A stretch of 32,000 nt of DNA from Gemmata obscuriglobus (lineage in GTDB: Bacteria; Planctomycetota; Planctomycetia; Gemmatales; Gemmataceae): positions 3,870,001-3,902,000 of the forward strand of contig NZ_CP042911.1 in assembly GCF_008065095.1 (NCBI RefSeq). The letters run 5' to 3'. A model generated the notes under the pieces. That model did no database searches. It was not told where the DNA came from and saw only the letters and a program-made list of their open reading frames with translations. A program made the position numbers and the translations under genes. Below are positions 1 to 7,498 of this stretch, piece after piece (the stretch's first letter is position 1; each line of letters begins with the position of its first letter).

Positions 1-213
1 CGGGGGTGGATGCGCGACGCGCTCGGTCGGCCCGACGCCGTCGTCGTGGTCACCGAGCGGCGGTGCGCCGAGGGCGGCGGCCCGGACGTGGAAACGGTCG
101 TCGCCGTGACGGGCGAGCCGGGCCGGGCGCGGCACCACACGTTGCCCAAGGCCGCGGCCGACATCACCCGCACGGACGTTTTGTCCCTGGCCGCCCGTGG
201 CACCCACGGCTGA
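1..213 (+). CDS. C-terminal end of an unidentified protein (partial, enters from the left edge)
   Basis: The reading frame is open from the window edge to TGA at 211-213 (track ORF 10..213). Composition is mixed and not purely Arg/Pro/Gly. No recognisable motif and no start codon lie inside the window. Confidence 0.25.
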   Translation, partial: RGWMRDALGRPDAVVVVTERRCAEGGGPDVETVVAVTGEPGRARHHTLPKAAADITRTDVLSLAARGTHG

Positions 214-222
214 GCGGGGTAT

Positions 223-257
223 GATAACGAAGTATATTCAAGTAAAACATCGTTTTC
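223..257. promoter_or_regulatory. Imperfect inverted repeat in an AT-rich island upstream of the COG0523 gene; candidate metalloregulator (Zur/Fur-type) operator
   Basis: GATAACGAAGT (223-233), a 13-nt spacer, then ACATCGTTTTC (247-257). 9 of 11 positions are complementary. It sits 17 nt upstream of ATG 274 in a locally AT-rich patch of an otherwise GC-rich sequence. Confidence 0.3.
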
Positions 258-273
258 CGACGGGGGTTAAGCC

Positions 274-1620
274 ATGCCCGCGACCAACGACCGCGTCCCG
301 GTCACCGTCCTCACCGGGTTCCTCGGCTCCGGCAAGACGACGCTCCTGAACCACATCCTGACCGCGAACCACGGCAAGCGGATCGCGGTCATCGAGAACG
401 AGTTCGGTGAGGTCGGGATCGACCAGGACCTGGTGATCCGCGCGGAAGAGGAAGTCTTCGAGATGAACAACGGGTGCATCTGTTGCACCGTCCGCGGGGA
501 CCTGATCCGCATCCTCGGCAACCTGATGAAGCGGAAGGACAAGTTCGACTACATCGTGGTCGAGACCACCGGCATGGCCGACCCCGGGCCGGTCGCCCAG
601 ACGTTCTTTGTGGACGACGAGGTGGGGCGCAAGACCCGGCTCGACGGGATCGTCACGCTGATCGACGCCAAGCACGTCCACGACCACTGGGACTCGGACG
701 AGGTGCGGACCCAGATCGCGTTCGCCGACGTGCTCCTGCTGAACAAGACCGACCTCGTCTCGGCGCGCGAACTGGACGCGCTCGAGGCGCGCATCAAGGG
801 CATGAACGGCGCGGCGAAACTGTACCGGACGCGGAACTCGGTCGTGGAGATGGACCGCATCCTGAACGTCGGCGGGTTCAACCTGGACCGGGCGCTTGAG
901 GTGGACCCGCAGTTCCTCGAACCGGAGTACCCGTTCGAGTGGGGCGGCGTCTACGAACTCGTGGCCGGGGAGTACGCGTTCGTTTGCGGCGACGGCCCGG
1001 ACCCGGCGATGAACGTGGCGCTGCTGCCGTGCCCGTCGGCCGACGAGGCGGGGCGGAAAGCGGTCGAGACGGACGCGGTGCTGCTGTTCAGCGACGAGGA
1101 GCACGGGGTCGCGCCGGGAGACCCTCTGCCCGTCGGCAAGCGGCTCTCGCAGCTCCAACTGCCGGAGGGCGGTCCGAAGCGGTTCCCCGTGCCGATCGCC
1201 GAAGCCGGGTGCTACGCGCTGTTCACCGAACACGGGCCGGACGAGTTCGGGGCGGAACTGGTCGGACCGGCCGGCGCGCTCGCCCCGACCGCGACCCACG
1301 AGTACAAGCCGGACCACGAGCACGACGACGAGGTGTCGTCGGTCGGGATCACGGTGCCCGGCGACCTGGACATGGACCGGCTCAACGCCTGGATGAGCGA
1401 GCTGCTCCAGACGCGAGGGACGGACATCTTCCGCATGAAGGGCGTGCTGAGCATCAAGGGCGACAAGAACCGGTTCGTGTTTCAGGGCGTTCACATGCTG
1501 CTCGACGCCCGTCCGGACCGACCGTGGGGAGCCGCGCCGCGCTCGAACAAGCTCATCTTCATCGGCCGCAACCTGGACCGAACCGCGCTGACGGATGGGT
1601 TCAAGTCATGCTTGGCGTGA
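274..1620 (+). CDS. COG0523-family (CobW/YjiA-like) G3E P-loop GTPase, putative metallochaperone, with a ~130-aa insertion
   Basis: 448-aa ORF with ATG 274 preceded by GGGGG. It has the P-loop GFLGSGKTT, the COG0523 signature CxCC (GCICCTV) and the NKTD G4 motif. A CobW_C-like C-terminus is present (VSSVGI...FRMKGVL...FVFQGVH), along with an acidic/His stretch HEYKPDHEHDDE. About 130 extra residues separate the GTPase and C-terminal domains. Confidence 0.9.
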   Translation: MPATNDRVPVTVLTGFLGSGKTTLLNHILTANHGKRIAVIENEFGEVGIDQDLVIRAEEEVFEMNNGCICCTVRGDLIRILGNLMKRKDKFDYIVVETTGMADPGPVAQTFFVDDEVGRKTRLDGIVTLIDAKHVHDHWDSDEVRTQIAFADVLLLNKTDLVSARELDALEARIKGMNGAAKLYRTRNSVVEMDRILNVGGFNLDRALEVDPQFLEPEYPFEWGGVYELVAGEYAFVCGDGPDPAMNVALLPCPSADEAGRKAVETDAVLLFSDEEHGVAPGDPLPVGKRLSQLQLPEGGPKRFPVPIAEAGCYALFTEHGPDEFGAELVGPAGALAPTATHEYKPDHEHDDEVSSVGITVPGDLDMDRLNAWMSELLQTRGTDIFRMKGVLSIKGDKNRFVFQGVHMLLDARPDRPWGAAPRSNKLIFIGRNLDRTALTDGFKSCLA

Positions 1621-2645
1621 GCGGCTGGTTCGGCGGGGTGAAACTCACCGAAGTCTGGCGGGGCGGGATCGAGGACCACGTGATTTCGCTCGCGTGGTCG
1701 CCCGACGACCGGTTCGTTGCCGTGGCCGGGGCCGCCGGGCCGGTCGTGGTTCTGGACGCCGTCACCGGTTCCGCGCGGCACCAACTGCCCGGTCACCGGG
1801 GCGGCGCGACCGCGGTGACGTGGGCGGACGAGGGCACGGTCGTCTCGGCCGGCCAGGACGGCCGGGTCCGCGTCTGGGACGCCGCGACCGGGGCCGAGCG
1901 GTTCGCCCTCGACGCCGGGGCGCGGTGGGTGGAATCGGTGGCCGTCAGCCCGTGCGGAACGTACCTCGCGTCCGCGGCCGGCAAGAAGGTGCGGTTGTGG
2001 GGGCGCGACGGGCGCCTGTTGCGGGACTACCCGGGCCACGCCAGCACCGTCACCGACCTCGTATGGCGGCCCGGCGGGCACGAACTGACGGCCGCCGCGT
2101 ACGGCGGCGTCGCCCTCTGGTCGCCGGACGCCGCAGAACCGGCGGGGCGGTTGGAGTGGAAGGGCTCGGTGCTGCGGCTGGCGTGGTCGCCGGACGGGAA
2201 GTTCCTCGCCACCGGCGACCAGGACTCGACCGTCCACTTCTGGGTCATGGCGGCCGGCACGGACTTGAAAATGTTCGGCTACCCGAAGAAAGTGACCCAA
2301 CTGGCGTGGGACCACACGTCGCGGTTCCTGGCGACCGGCGGCGGGCACCGGGTCACCGTGTGGGACTGCTCCGGGTCCGGGCCGGCGAACACGCGCCCGC
2401 TCGTCCTGGACGCGCACGACGCGGTGGGCAAGGTGTCGGCGCTGGCGTTCCAGCGTGCGGGACCGCTACTGGCCTCCGGCGCTGACGACGGCCAGGTGCT
2501 CCTTTGGCGGCCTGACGGCGGGCGGCGCCCGCTCGCGGCCGCGGGGCTCGGCGCGGTCGTCACTCGGCTCGCGTGGTCCGCCGACGACTCACGACTCGCC
2601 GTCGGCACCGAGGCCGGTGTTGTGACCGTGTTCCGCGCCCGCTGA
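1608..2645 (+). CDS. WD40-repeat (beta-propeller) protein
   Basis: Track ORF 939..2645 overlaps the GTPase gene. The in-frame ATG at 1608 (MLGVSGWF...) overlaps the GTPase stop by 13 nt. Repeated WD40-like units are visible: LAWSPDDRFVA, VSAGQDGRVRVWD, LATGDQDSTVHFW, LATGGGHRVTVWD, LASGADDGQVLLW, LAVGTEAGVVTVF. Confidence 0.85.
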   Translation: MLGVSGWFGGVKLTEVWRGGIEDHVISLAWSPDDRFVAVAGAAGPVVVLDAVTGSARHQLPGHRGGATAVTWADEGTVVSAGQDGRVRVWDAATGAERFALDAGARWVESVAVSPCGTYLASAAGKKVRLWGRDGRLLRDYPGHASTVTDLVWRPGGHELTAAAYGGVALWSPDAAEPAGRLEWKGSVLRLAWSPDGKFLATGDQDSTVHFWVMAAGTDLKMFGYPKKVTQLAWDHTSRFLATGGGHRVTVWDCSGSGPANTRPLVLDAHDAVGKVSALAFQRAGPLLASGADDGQVLLWRPDGGRRPLAAAGLGAVVTRLAWSADDSRLAVGTEAGVVTVFRAR

Positions 2646-3374
2646 CCCCGCCTCACTCCGCCCCTGGCGGGTGCGCCTCCCGCCGAACTCGGCGCGGCAC
2701 CCCAGCGCCCGGCAGAACCAACACTGGCGGGAATCCGTACGGTCACGAAGAAGATGGTTCGGGAAAACTATTGAATAAAAAATTGTTTTACCGCCACCGG
2801 GCCGTACAGGAACCTGCAGTGCCCTCTCCATCGACGCGCTTCCGATTGCGGCGCTGGATCGCCGGCATCGTGACCTATTCCACGGCGCGTGCGGGTCGTG
2901 CGTGGCCGAGGACCAGCGGTGGGTGGTGCTGAGCGCGGGCGGGTTCGCCGACGGGGTTTCGATCGCGCCGCACGCGTGCGACCACAGCCTGCCGAACGGT
3001 CGGGGTGCCGAGCCACGGCTGCAGATCGGATCGGCCGACGAGGTTCCGATTCGGACCCGGTACGCGGGGCGGGTGGTCCGCCGGTGCCGAAGGCGGAACT
3101 CGAAGCGACCCGGTACTCGGCCGTGGGCGACGTGGTGTACGGCGTCGCGGCCGTGGACCGCGCGCTGTTCGTCCGCACCGGGACTGAACTGGTTTGGATC
3201 CGCCCGGCCGAGTGACACGTCCGAGAGGGGAACGAAAATCCGCGACCTCGCCTACCGGTGCTTGGACTTGGCCGCCCGATAACGGAAAGCTGTATGAAAG
3301 ATTAATTAATATCAAATTCGTTATGATATCTCGGCCTGCAGGGCTGGGCATGTCTCGGCGGGCGCGTCGACTAG

Positions 3375-3482
3375 GTCTGCGTCTGGCGGCTGGTGAAGTT
3401 GTTGCTGCGAACCGGAGCGCCCGACATCTACCGCCGGGTGCTGCTGGAGGTCGAGCGGGTCGTCATCGGCGACGTTCTGAAT
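3375..3482 (+). pseudogene. 5' fragment of a small Fis/NtrC-type HTH protein gene, interrupted by an IS
   Basis: The frame reads ...LVKLLLRTGAPDIYRRVLLEVERVVIGDVLN and breaks exactly at the IS left end (3482/3483). It resumes in frame after the IS. The start is uncertain (GTG 3375 or GTG 3393). An AT-rich island at 3281-3332, including the 10-nt palindrome ATTAATTAAT, lies just upstream. Confidence 0.6.
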
Positions 3483-3500
3483 CCAGTAGTTTCAAGTTGG
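3483..3500. repeat. IS left terminal inverted repeat
   Basis: CCAGTAGTTTCAAGTTGG is the exact reverse complement of 4724-4741. Confidence 0.9.
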
Positions 3501-3523
3501 GCGATTTATGAGTAGCGGGCCGC

Positions 3524-4732
3524 ATGGGTTTACCGGTCAATGGTGGTTACCACGCCTCCACTGTCGGAGCCCCCATGCGACCCAAACGTCAGTCTATCCG
3601 AGCCACCCCGGCCCACGCCACCCGGCACCTCCGTCCGGTCCTGACCGACTGGCTCGGCCGTGCGGTCCAACTGCCCAAGCGTCGCCGCACCTGTACACCC
3701 GAGGTGGTGTGGCGGGTGGTGCTGTTCGCCGCGGCGTTCGCCCGCTCGGTGGCCGCGGCCTGTGCCGCGATCGCCGACGCCCCGTCCGGGCAGGCCATCT
3801 GGGATTGCTTGTACCTCACGCTGCCCAAGCGGCGCCGCACCCTCGAGCGGCGGTTGCGGCCGGCCCTCCACGCCCCGCTCGGCAAGCGGAAGCGGGCGGC
3901 TCGGGTCGCGATCGACTACCACCGGATCGGGTACTTCGGGACGCCGAACCGGGACACCACCCGGTCCAAGGGGGCCGGCGGCACCCACACGTTCCACACG
4001 TACGCCACCGCGTGCCTCGTCGGGGGACCGGACCGGTACACGCTCGGGTTGACGGCCGTGGGCGAGAAGGAGCCGATGACCGCGGTGCTCACCCGGCTGT
4101 TGGATCAGGTGACGGCGGCACGGGTTACGGTCCGGGTCGCGCTGCTGGACAAGGCGTTCTTCTCGATCGCGGTGATGCGGTTGCTCCAGGCGCGGGGTGT
4201 GCCGTTCGTGATCCCGGCCGTGGTCCGGGGCCGCAAGCCCCGGCCCGGGGTGAAGGGGGTCGGGTTGCGGGCCGTGCGGCGGCGGGGCGCGGGTCGATAT
4301 GCGTACACCCACGCGGATCGGGGCACCTCGGTGCGGGTGCACGTGGTGATCGCTCACAAGAGCTACCGGTACCGGCGGACCGGGGGCCGGCGGAGCAAGA
4401 AGTTACTGTACGCGGCGTGGCGGGTGAGCGGGAGCCCGGTGGCGATTCGGGACCTGTACCGGACCCGATTCGGGATCGAGAGCAGCTACCGCCAGTTGGG
4501 GCAGGTTCGGCCCCGGACCTCGACCACCGATGGGGTCGTGCGACTCCTGTGGGTGGCCGTCGGGCTGATCCTGCGTAACGCCTGGTTGTGGTCCCGCTCA
4601 GCCCGCGGCCTCGGGTGGACACTGGCGGCGGTATGCCTGATACTGTTGGCCGATGGGCTGGCACCTACAGATGGCGAAAATAAGTCCATTACTACTGCAC
4701 GATCGGCCAACAAAACCAAGCCGCCAACTTGA
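3524..4732 (+). CDS. DDE transposase (IS4/IS5 superfamily, DDE_Tnp_1-like)
   Basis: 402-aa ORF with an alternative start at ATG 3575 (MRPKRQS). Candidate catalytic contexts are VAIDYH and ALLDKAFFS. A Y-x2-R-x3-E signature is present in DLYRTRFGIESSYRQ. The stop TGA lies inside the right inverted repeat. Confidence 0.8.
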   Translation: MGLPVNGGYHASTVGAPMRPKRQSIRATPAHATRHLRPVLTDWLGRAVQLPKRRRTCTPEVVWRVVLFAAAFARSVAAACAAIADAPSGQAIWDCLYLTLPKRRRTLERRLRPALHAPLGKRKRAARVAIDYHRIGYFGTPNRDTTRSKGAGGTHTFHTYATACLVGGPDRYTLGLTAVGEKEPMTAVLTRLLDQVTAARVTVRVALLDKAFFSIAVMRLLQARGVPFVIPAVVRGRKPRPGVKGVGLRAVRRRGAGRYAYTHADRGTSVRVHVVIAHKSYRYRRTGGRRSKKLLYAAWRVSGSPVAIRDLYRTRFGIESSYRQLGQVRPRTSTTDGVVRLLWVAVGLILRNAWLWSRSARGLGWTLAAVCLILLADGLAPTDGENKSITTARSANKTKPPT

Positions 4733-4741
4733 AACTACTGG
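4724..4741. repeat. IS right terminal inverted repeat
   Basis: CCAACTTGAAACTACTGG is the exact reverse complement of 3483-3500. Confidence 0.9.
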
Positions 4742-4966
4742 AATCATGTGAGCGGCAACCAACTGCAGGCCAGCGAACTGCTTGACATCTCCCGCACACG
4801 CTCCGGGCGAAAGTTCAGACGTTTGAGAACTCTTCCGGCGAGCCCGCCTGGCACAGGCGGGCCCTTGGGCGGGGCGATAAGACACCCGGAAGGCGGGCCT
4901 TCTGCGATAACCGATGCCGATGAGATGGAGCAATCGCTGCGCAGTAATGCTATAAATTTGTTATGA
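4742..4966 (+). pseudogene. 3' fragment of the IS-interrupted Fis/NtrC-type HTH gene
   Basis: (AAT) CAT GTG AGC GGC AAC... translates to (N)HVSGNQLQASELLDISRTRSGRKFRRL. This is the classic C-terminal Fis-type helix-turn-helix pattern (GNQ..A..LL.ISR....K). With a single AAT, the VER-to-GNQ spacing is 11 residues, as in NtrC-type HTHs. Confidence 0.6.
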
Positions 4967-4985
4967 ACTTTTTGACCCGTATACT
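4958..4985 (+). promoter_or_regulatory. Sigma70-like promoter candidate
   Basis: TTGTTA (4958-4963), a 16-nt spacer, then TATACT (4980-4985), inside an AT-rich island (4943-5006). It lies about 80 nt upstream of the SD (GAGGAG 5052-5057) and ATG 5067. Planctomycete promoter rules are poorly known. Confidence 0.35.
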
Positions 4986-5066
4986 TGCAAGTCAGATTTT
5001 TCGTTGTGGCCAAACTGCTAGCGTGGTTCCCGCCAGGGACGGTCGATTTACGAGGAGAACGTCACC

Positions 5067-5925
5067 ATGCGAGGGCTTGGACGGAGCGCGTGGGTGCTCG
5101 CGGTGGCGTGGGCCGGGCTCCCGTCGGTCGGCCAGGCCGGTTGGATCACCGCTCACGAGCGGGATCTCGGCAACCCGCGGCCTGCCGGTGCGTCCAAGTT
5201 CCGGTTCGGCTCGCCGACGGCGCTGCCGCTCGTGGCGATCGACGGGCTCACGGGGGCAGGGGCCGTTCAGGCCGTCGCCGGCGGCGGAACCTCGTTCTTC
5301 AACGGCCTGGGCGTGCCGGTCCTTCTGAACCTCTCCGACGGGTCGGCGTACCTGGCGGGCGGCTCCCAGCCGACCCGTCGTGCCAGCCGCGTGCCGGGCT
5401 GTACTCCGCCGGGGCACCCGGTGCCGCAGACCGGCGTCCCGGTCCCGGACGGTTACTCGCGGCTCGGCGTTGCGCTGGTCCCGGGTACGGCGGGTTGTGG
5501 GTTCTGACGGCTTCGGTGACCGGCATCGCAGGGGCCAGTCTCCAATCGGGTTCGGTGGTCATCCCGGAGGGCAGGTGGGGGCGCTCGACCTCGAACCTGA
5601 GGCCGAGCCATACCCTGACCCCACGCCCACGCCCGACCTATCGCCCGCTCCGTCTCCGACCTCGGGCATTCCCGAGCCGACCACCGCGGCCCTCGCGGCT
5701 TCGGGCATGCTGCTCGCGCTCCCGTGGATCCGTCGCCGGTGGCAAGCCGGCTTCAGACTTCAAGCTGGACACAGCCTTCGCCCCCGAACGAGGGGCCGGT
5801 CGCTCTTACCGGTCCGCGCCACAGTCGCACTCGGCCCCCGGTACGGTCGTGTAAGGGTGCTCAAGAGGACACGGTGGCGCGTGCGCGACGGGGCCACCGC
5901 ATCGCACAGTTGCACGTTCCGCTAA
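5067..5925 (+). pseudogene. Secreted PEP-CTERM-anchor protein, apparently disrupted by two frameshifts
   Basis: ATG 5067 has a good SD and a signal peptide (MRGLGRSAWVLAVAWAGLPSVGQAG), and that frame stops at 5507. Protein-like text continues in a second frame (WVLTASVTGIAGASLQSGSVVIPEG). A third frame then carries a Pro/Thr linker and a PEP-CTERM motif: PEP at 5671-5679, the hydrophobic segment TTAALAASGMLLALPWI, and RRR at 5731-5739. The last frame runs about 60 codons past the RRR, which is atypical. Confidence 0.4.
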
Positions 5926-6066
5926 GGTCATCCGCTTTGATTCCCGCGCTGGACCGAATCAGGGCTTGCCACGAACGTAGTGCGCGAAGTAGATGCCGTC
6001 CCCACCGACCGCTCGCGCAGCCCCGCGCCGCTGTGACGAAGCGGCTCCCCGGGTACGCGAGTCCCC

Positions 6067-6255
6067 ATGGAATTGCTTCAGAACTCGTTCTACCTGTTCG
6101 AGGCCATCCGGCCGCTCGCCGCCGCGGCCGGGGCCGTCGGCCAGTTCCTGCGTCAACCCCTGATCGTGGTGTTCATCGTAGTCGGGATCGGGATCGGCCC
6201 GGCCGGCCTGGGACTCACCCGGTTGGGCGAGGGCATCGGGCAGGGCCAGCGCGTA
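6067..6255 (+). pseudogene. N-terminal stub of a monovalent cation:proton antiporter (Kef/CPA2-like)
   Basis: MELLQNSFYLFEAIRPLAAAAGAVGQFLRQPLIVVFIVVGIGIGPAGLGL resembles the first TM helices of Na+/H+-exchanger family proteins (..RL.QP.VVG.IL.GI.LGPSGLGL). The ORF ends where the ISAs1 remnant begins. Confidence 0.4.
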
Positions 6256-7104
6256 TTAATTGCCTTGTAAAATAAGGACTTGGTCCAGGAACGTCGTATC
6301 CATCAAGCATCGGGTCATCTTTCCTCGGATGCGATCCTTCTCGGGATGACGCTTCAACAAGGTGATGGCGAACCGCCGGAGCCAGCTCAAGTTGTTGGCC
6401 AAGATCCGCTCCCGGGTGCGGGTCCGGTCCTCACCGGATGTGACATCCAGAACCCAGTGCATGGCCTCAATGCCCCAGTGCTTCCGCTCCGCCTCGCCGA
6501 ATCGCGGGCCGCTCAGGAACCGGCTCAGCATGTCCTACCGCACCTCGTCCGTCTGGGTCCCGTCCGGGTGCGTGGTGATTCGCACCGCGGTGCCAATGGC
6601 CTTGATCCACGGCCACTCGCCTTTTGCGGCAAAGTCCGGGGGTACTTGAGCCCCCCAATAGAACCGCTCGTCCCGTCGCCCGTGGCCGTGGGTGTCGGTC
6701 TGATGGTTCCGGTGCCGGAGCGCCTTCCGCTCCCCCTCCAAGTGCTTCTCAACGACGGCGGCGATCGCGGCGGCCAGCTTCGGCTGGTTATCCTGGACCG
6801 CGAGCACGAAGTCCCCGCCCCCGGCCACGATGTTCCGGGCGATGTCCTTCTGGCACCCCATGGCGTCGATCGTCACCACCGCCTTCTTCCGGCCCAGTTG
6901 CCGGAGCAGCACGGCAATGGCGGTGATCTCGTTGGATTTCTCCTCGGTCGCCACCGGACCCAACGCGACCCCGTGCTCGGTGGCCCACGCGCTAACGATG
7001 TGCCGCGGCCCCAACCCGTGCCCCGCATCGTGGGACCGGCGGGCCGTCTTGCCATCGATGGCTACCAACCGGTCCAGGACACTGCGGCGCACATCTGACC
7101 AGGG
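6256..7104 (-). pseudogene. ISAs1-family (H-repeat-associated) transposase, 5'-truncated and carrying an in-frame TAG
   Basis: Two same-frame ORFs (7092..6535 and 6531..6256) are separated by TAG (6537-6535). The text LVAIDGKTARRSHD...EEKSNEITAIAVLL...VTIDAMGCQKDIARNIVAGGGDFVLAVQDNQPKL...KHWGIEAMHWVLDVTSGED closely matches E. coli H-repeat/ISAs1 transposases as I recall them. Only about 12 codons precede AIDGK, whereas about 110 are expected. Confidence 0.9.
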
Positions 7105-7127
7105 CTATAACGTCTTGACCCATCAGG

Positions 7128-7373
7128 GGGATCACGGACGGTGCCGGCCTTCTTCGCCAGAACCAAAAACACCGCCTGGAACGCATCCTCGGAATCCGCT
7201 CGCGACCGCTTGACGCGCTCGCACACGCACAACACCATCCCGCCGTGACGCCGCGCCAGTTCGGTGAACGCATTCTGGTCCCGGTGCGCCGCGAACCGCG
7301 CCAGTAGTTCCCCGTCGGGCGCGGCTGCGGGCTCCAGTCGCCGCAGGATTTCGGTCGGACGCGTCACGCTCAT
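7128..7373 (-). pseudogene. N-terminal stub (region 2) of an ECF-type sigma-70 family sigma factor
   Basis: MSVTRPTEILRRLEP...ELLARFAAHRDQNAFTELARRHGGMVLCVCERVKRSRADSEDAFQAVFLVLAKKAGTVRDP is a typical ECF region-2 text. Similarity stops near 7128, about 20-25 nt from the ISAs1 remnant. ATG 7373 is preceded by GGAAGGGGG. Confidence 0.6.
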
Positions 7374-7429
7374 CGGTCCCCCTTCCAACCCTGTACTCCG
7401 TGGTATGGCCGGCGCGCGTCGCGCAAAAA

Positions 7430-7489
7430 ATGCCACCGCGGCCCGATGCTAACCTACCTGCGCTAGGAAAGTGCCGGCCGCGGTGGCAT
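7430..7489. promoter_or_regulatory. Perfect 14-bp inverted repeat in the leader of the XPB-like gene (operator or 5'-UTR stem-loop candidate)
   Basis: ATGCCACCGCGGCC (7430-7443) and GGCCGCGGTGGCAT (7476-7489) are exact reverse complements separated by 32 nt. The right arm ends 9 nt before ATG 7499. Confidence 0.4.
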
Positions 7490-7498
7490 AATTCCGGC

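Larger units (their letters stand above)
3483..4741 (+). mobile_element. Apparently intact insertion sequence (1259 bp), IS4/IS5-superfamily DDE type
   Basis: Perfect 18-bp terminal inverted repeats are flanked by a direct AAT (3480-3482 and 4742-4744). A single transposase ORF fills the element. The host ORF is restored in frame when the element plus one AAT is removed. Confidence 0.85.

Noticed and set aside
238-1494. 418-aa minus-strand ORF antisense to the COG0523 gene
   Set aside because: Its Arg/Pro/Val/Leu-heavy, low-complexity text is typical of the antisense frame in GC-rich DNA. The plus-strand frame carries unambiguous P-loop and CxCC motifs.
939-1607. N-terminal 223 codons of track ORF 939..2645
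   Set aside because: This part is Arg/Gly/Ala-rich junk overlapping the GTPase gene out of frame. WD40-like text begins only after the internal ATG at 1608.
2779-3215. Possible small plus-strand gene needing one frameshift (…HGACGSCVAEDQRWVVLSAGGFADGVSIAPHACDHSL… then …ELEATRYSAVGDVVYGVAAVDRALFVRTGTELVWIRPAE)
   Set aside because: It looks protein-like in two frames that switch near 3065-3075. However, there is no usable start codon after the upstream stop, no recognisable family, and a frameshift is required. It may be another relic in the decay zone, but I cannot support it as a feature.
3508-4578. 356-aa plus-strand and 275-aa minus-strand ORFs overlapping the IS transposase
   Set aside because: These are alternative frames of the transposase gene with Arg/Pro/Gly-dominated composition. 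Only the 3524..4732 frame shows DDE-type motifs.
7400-7498. Upstream extension of the helicase ORF (MVWPARVAQKMPPRPDANLPALGKCRPRWHNSG)
   Set aside because: It reads through the 14-bp inverted repeat and the divergent promoter region. XPB-like similarity starts at MSDTPVLLGYDRGT (ATG 7499).
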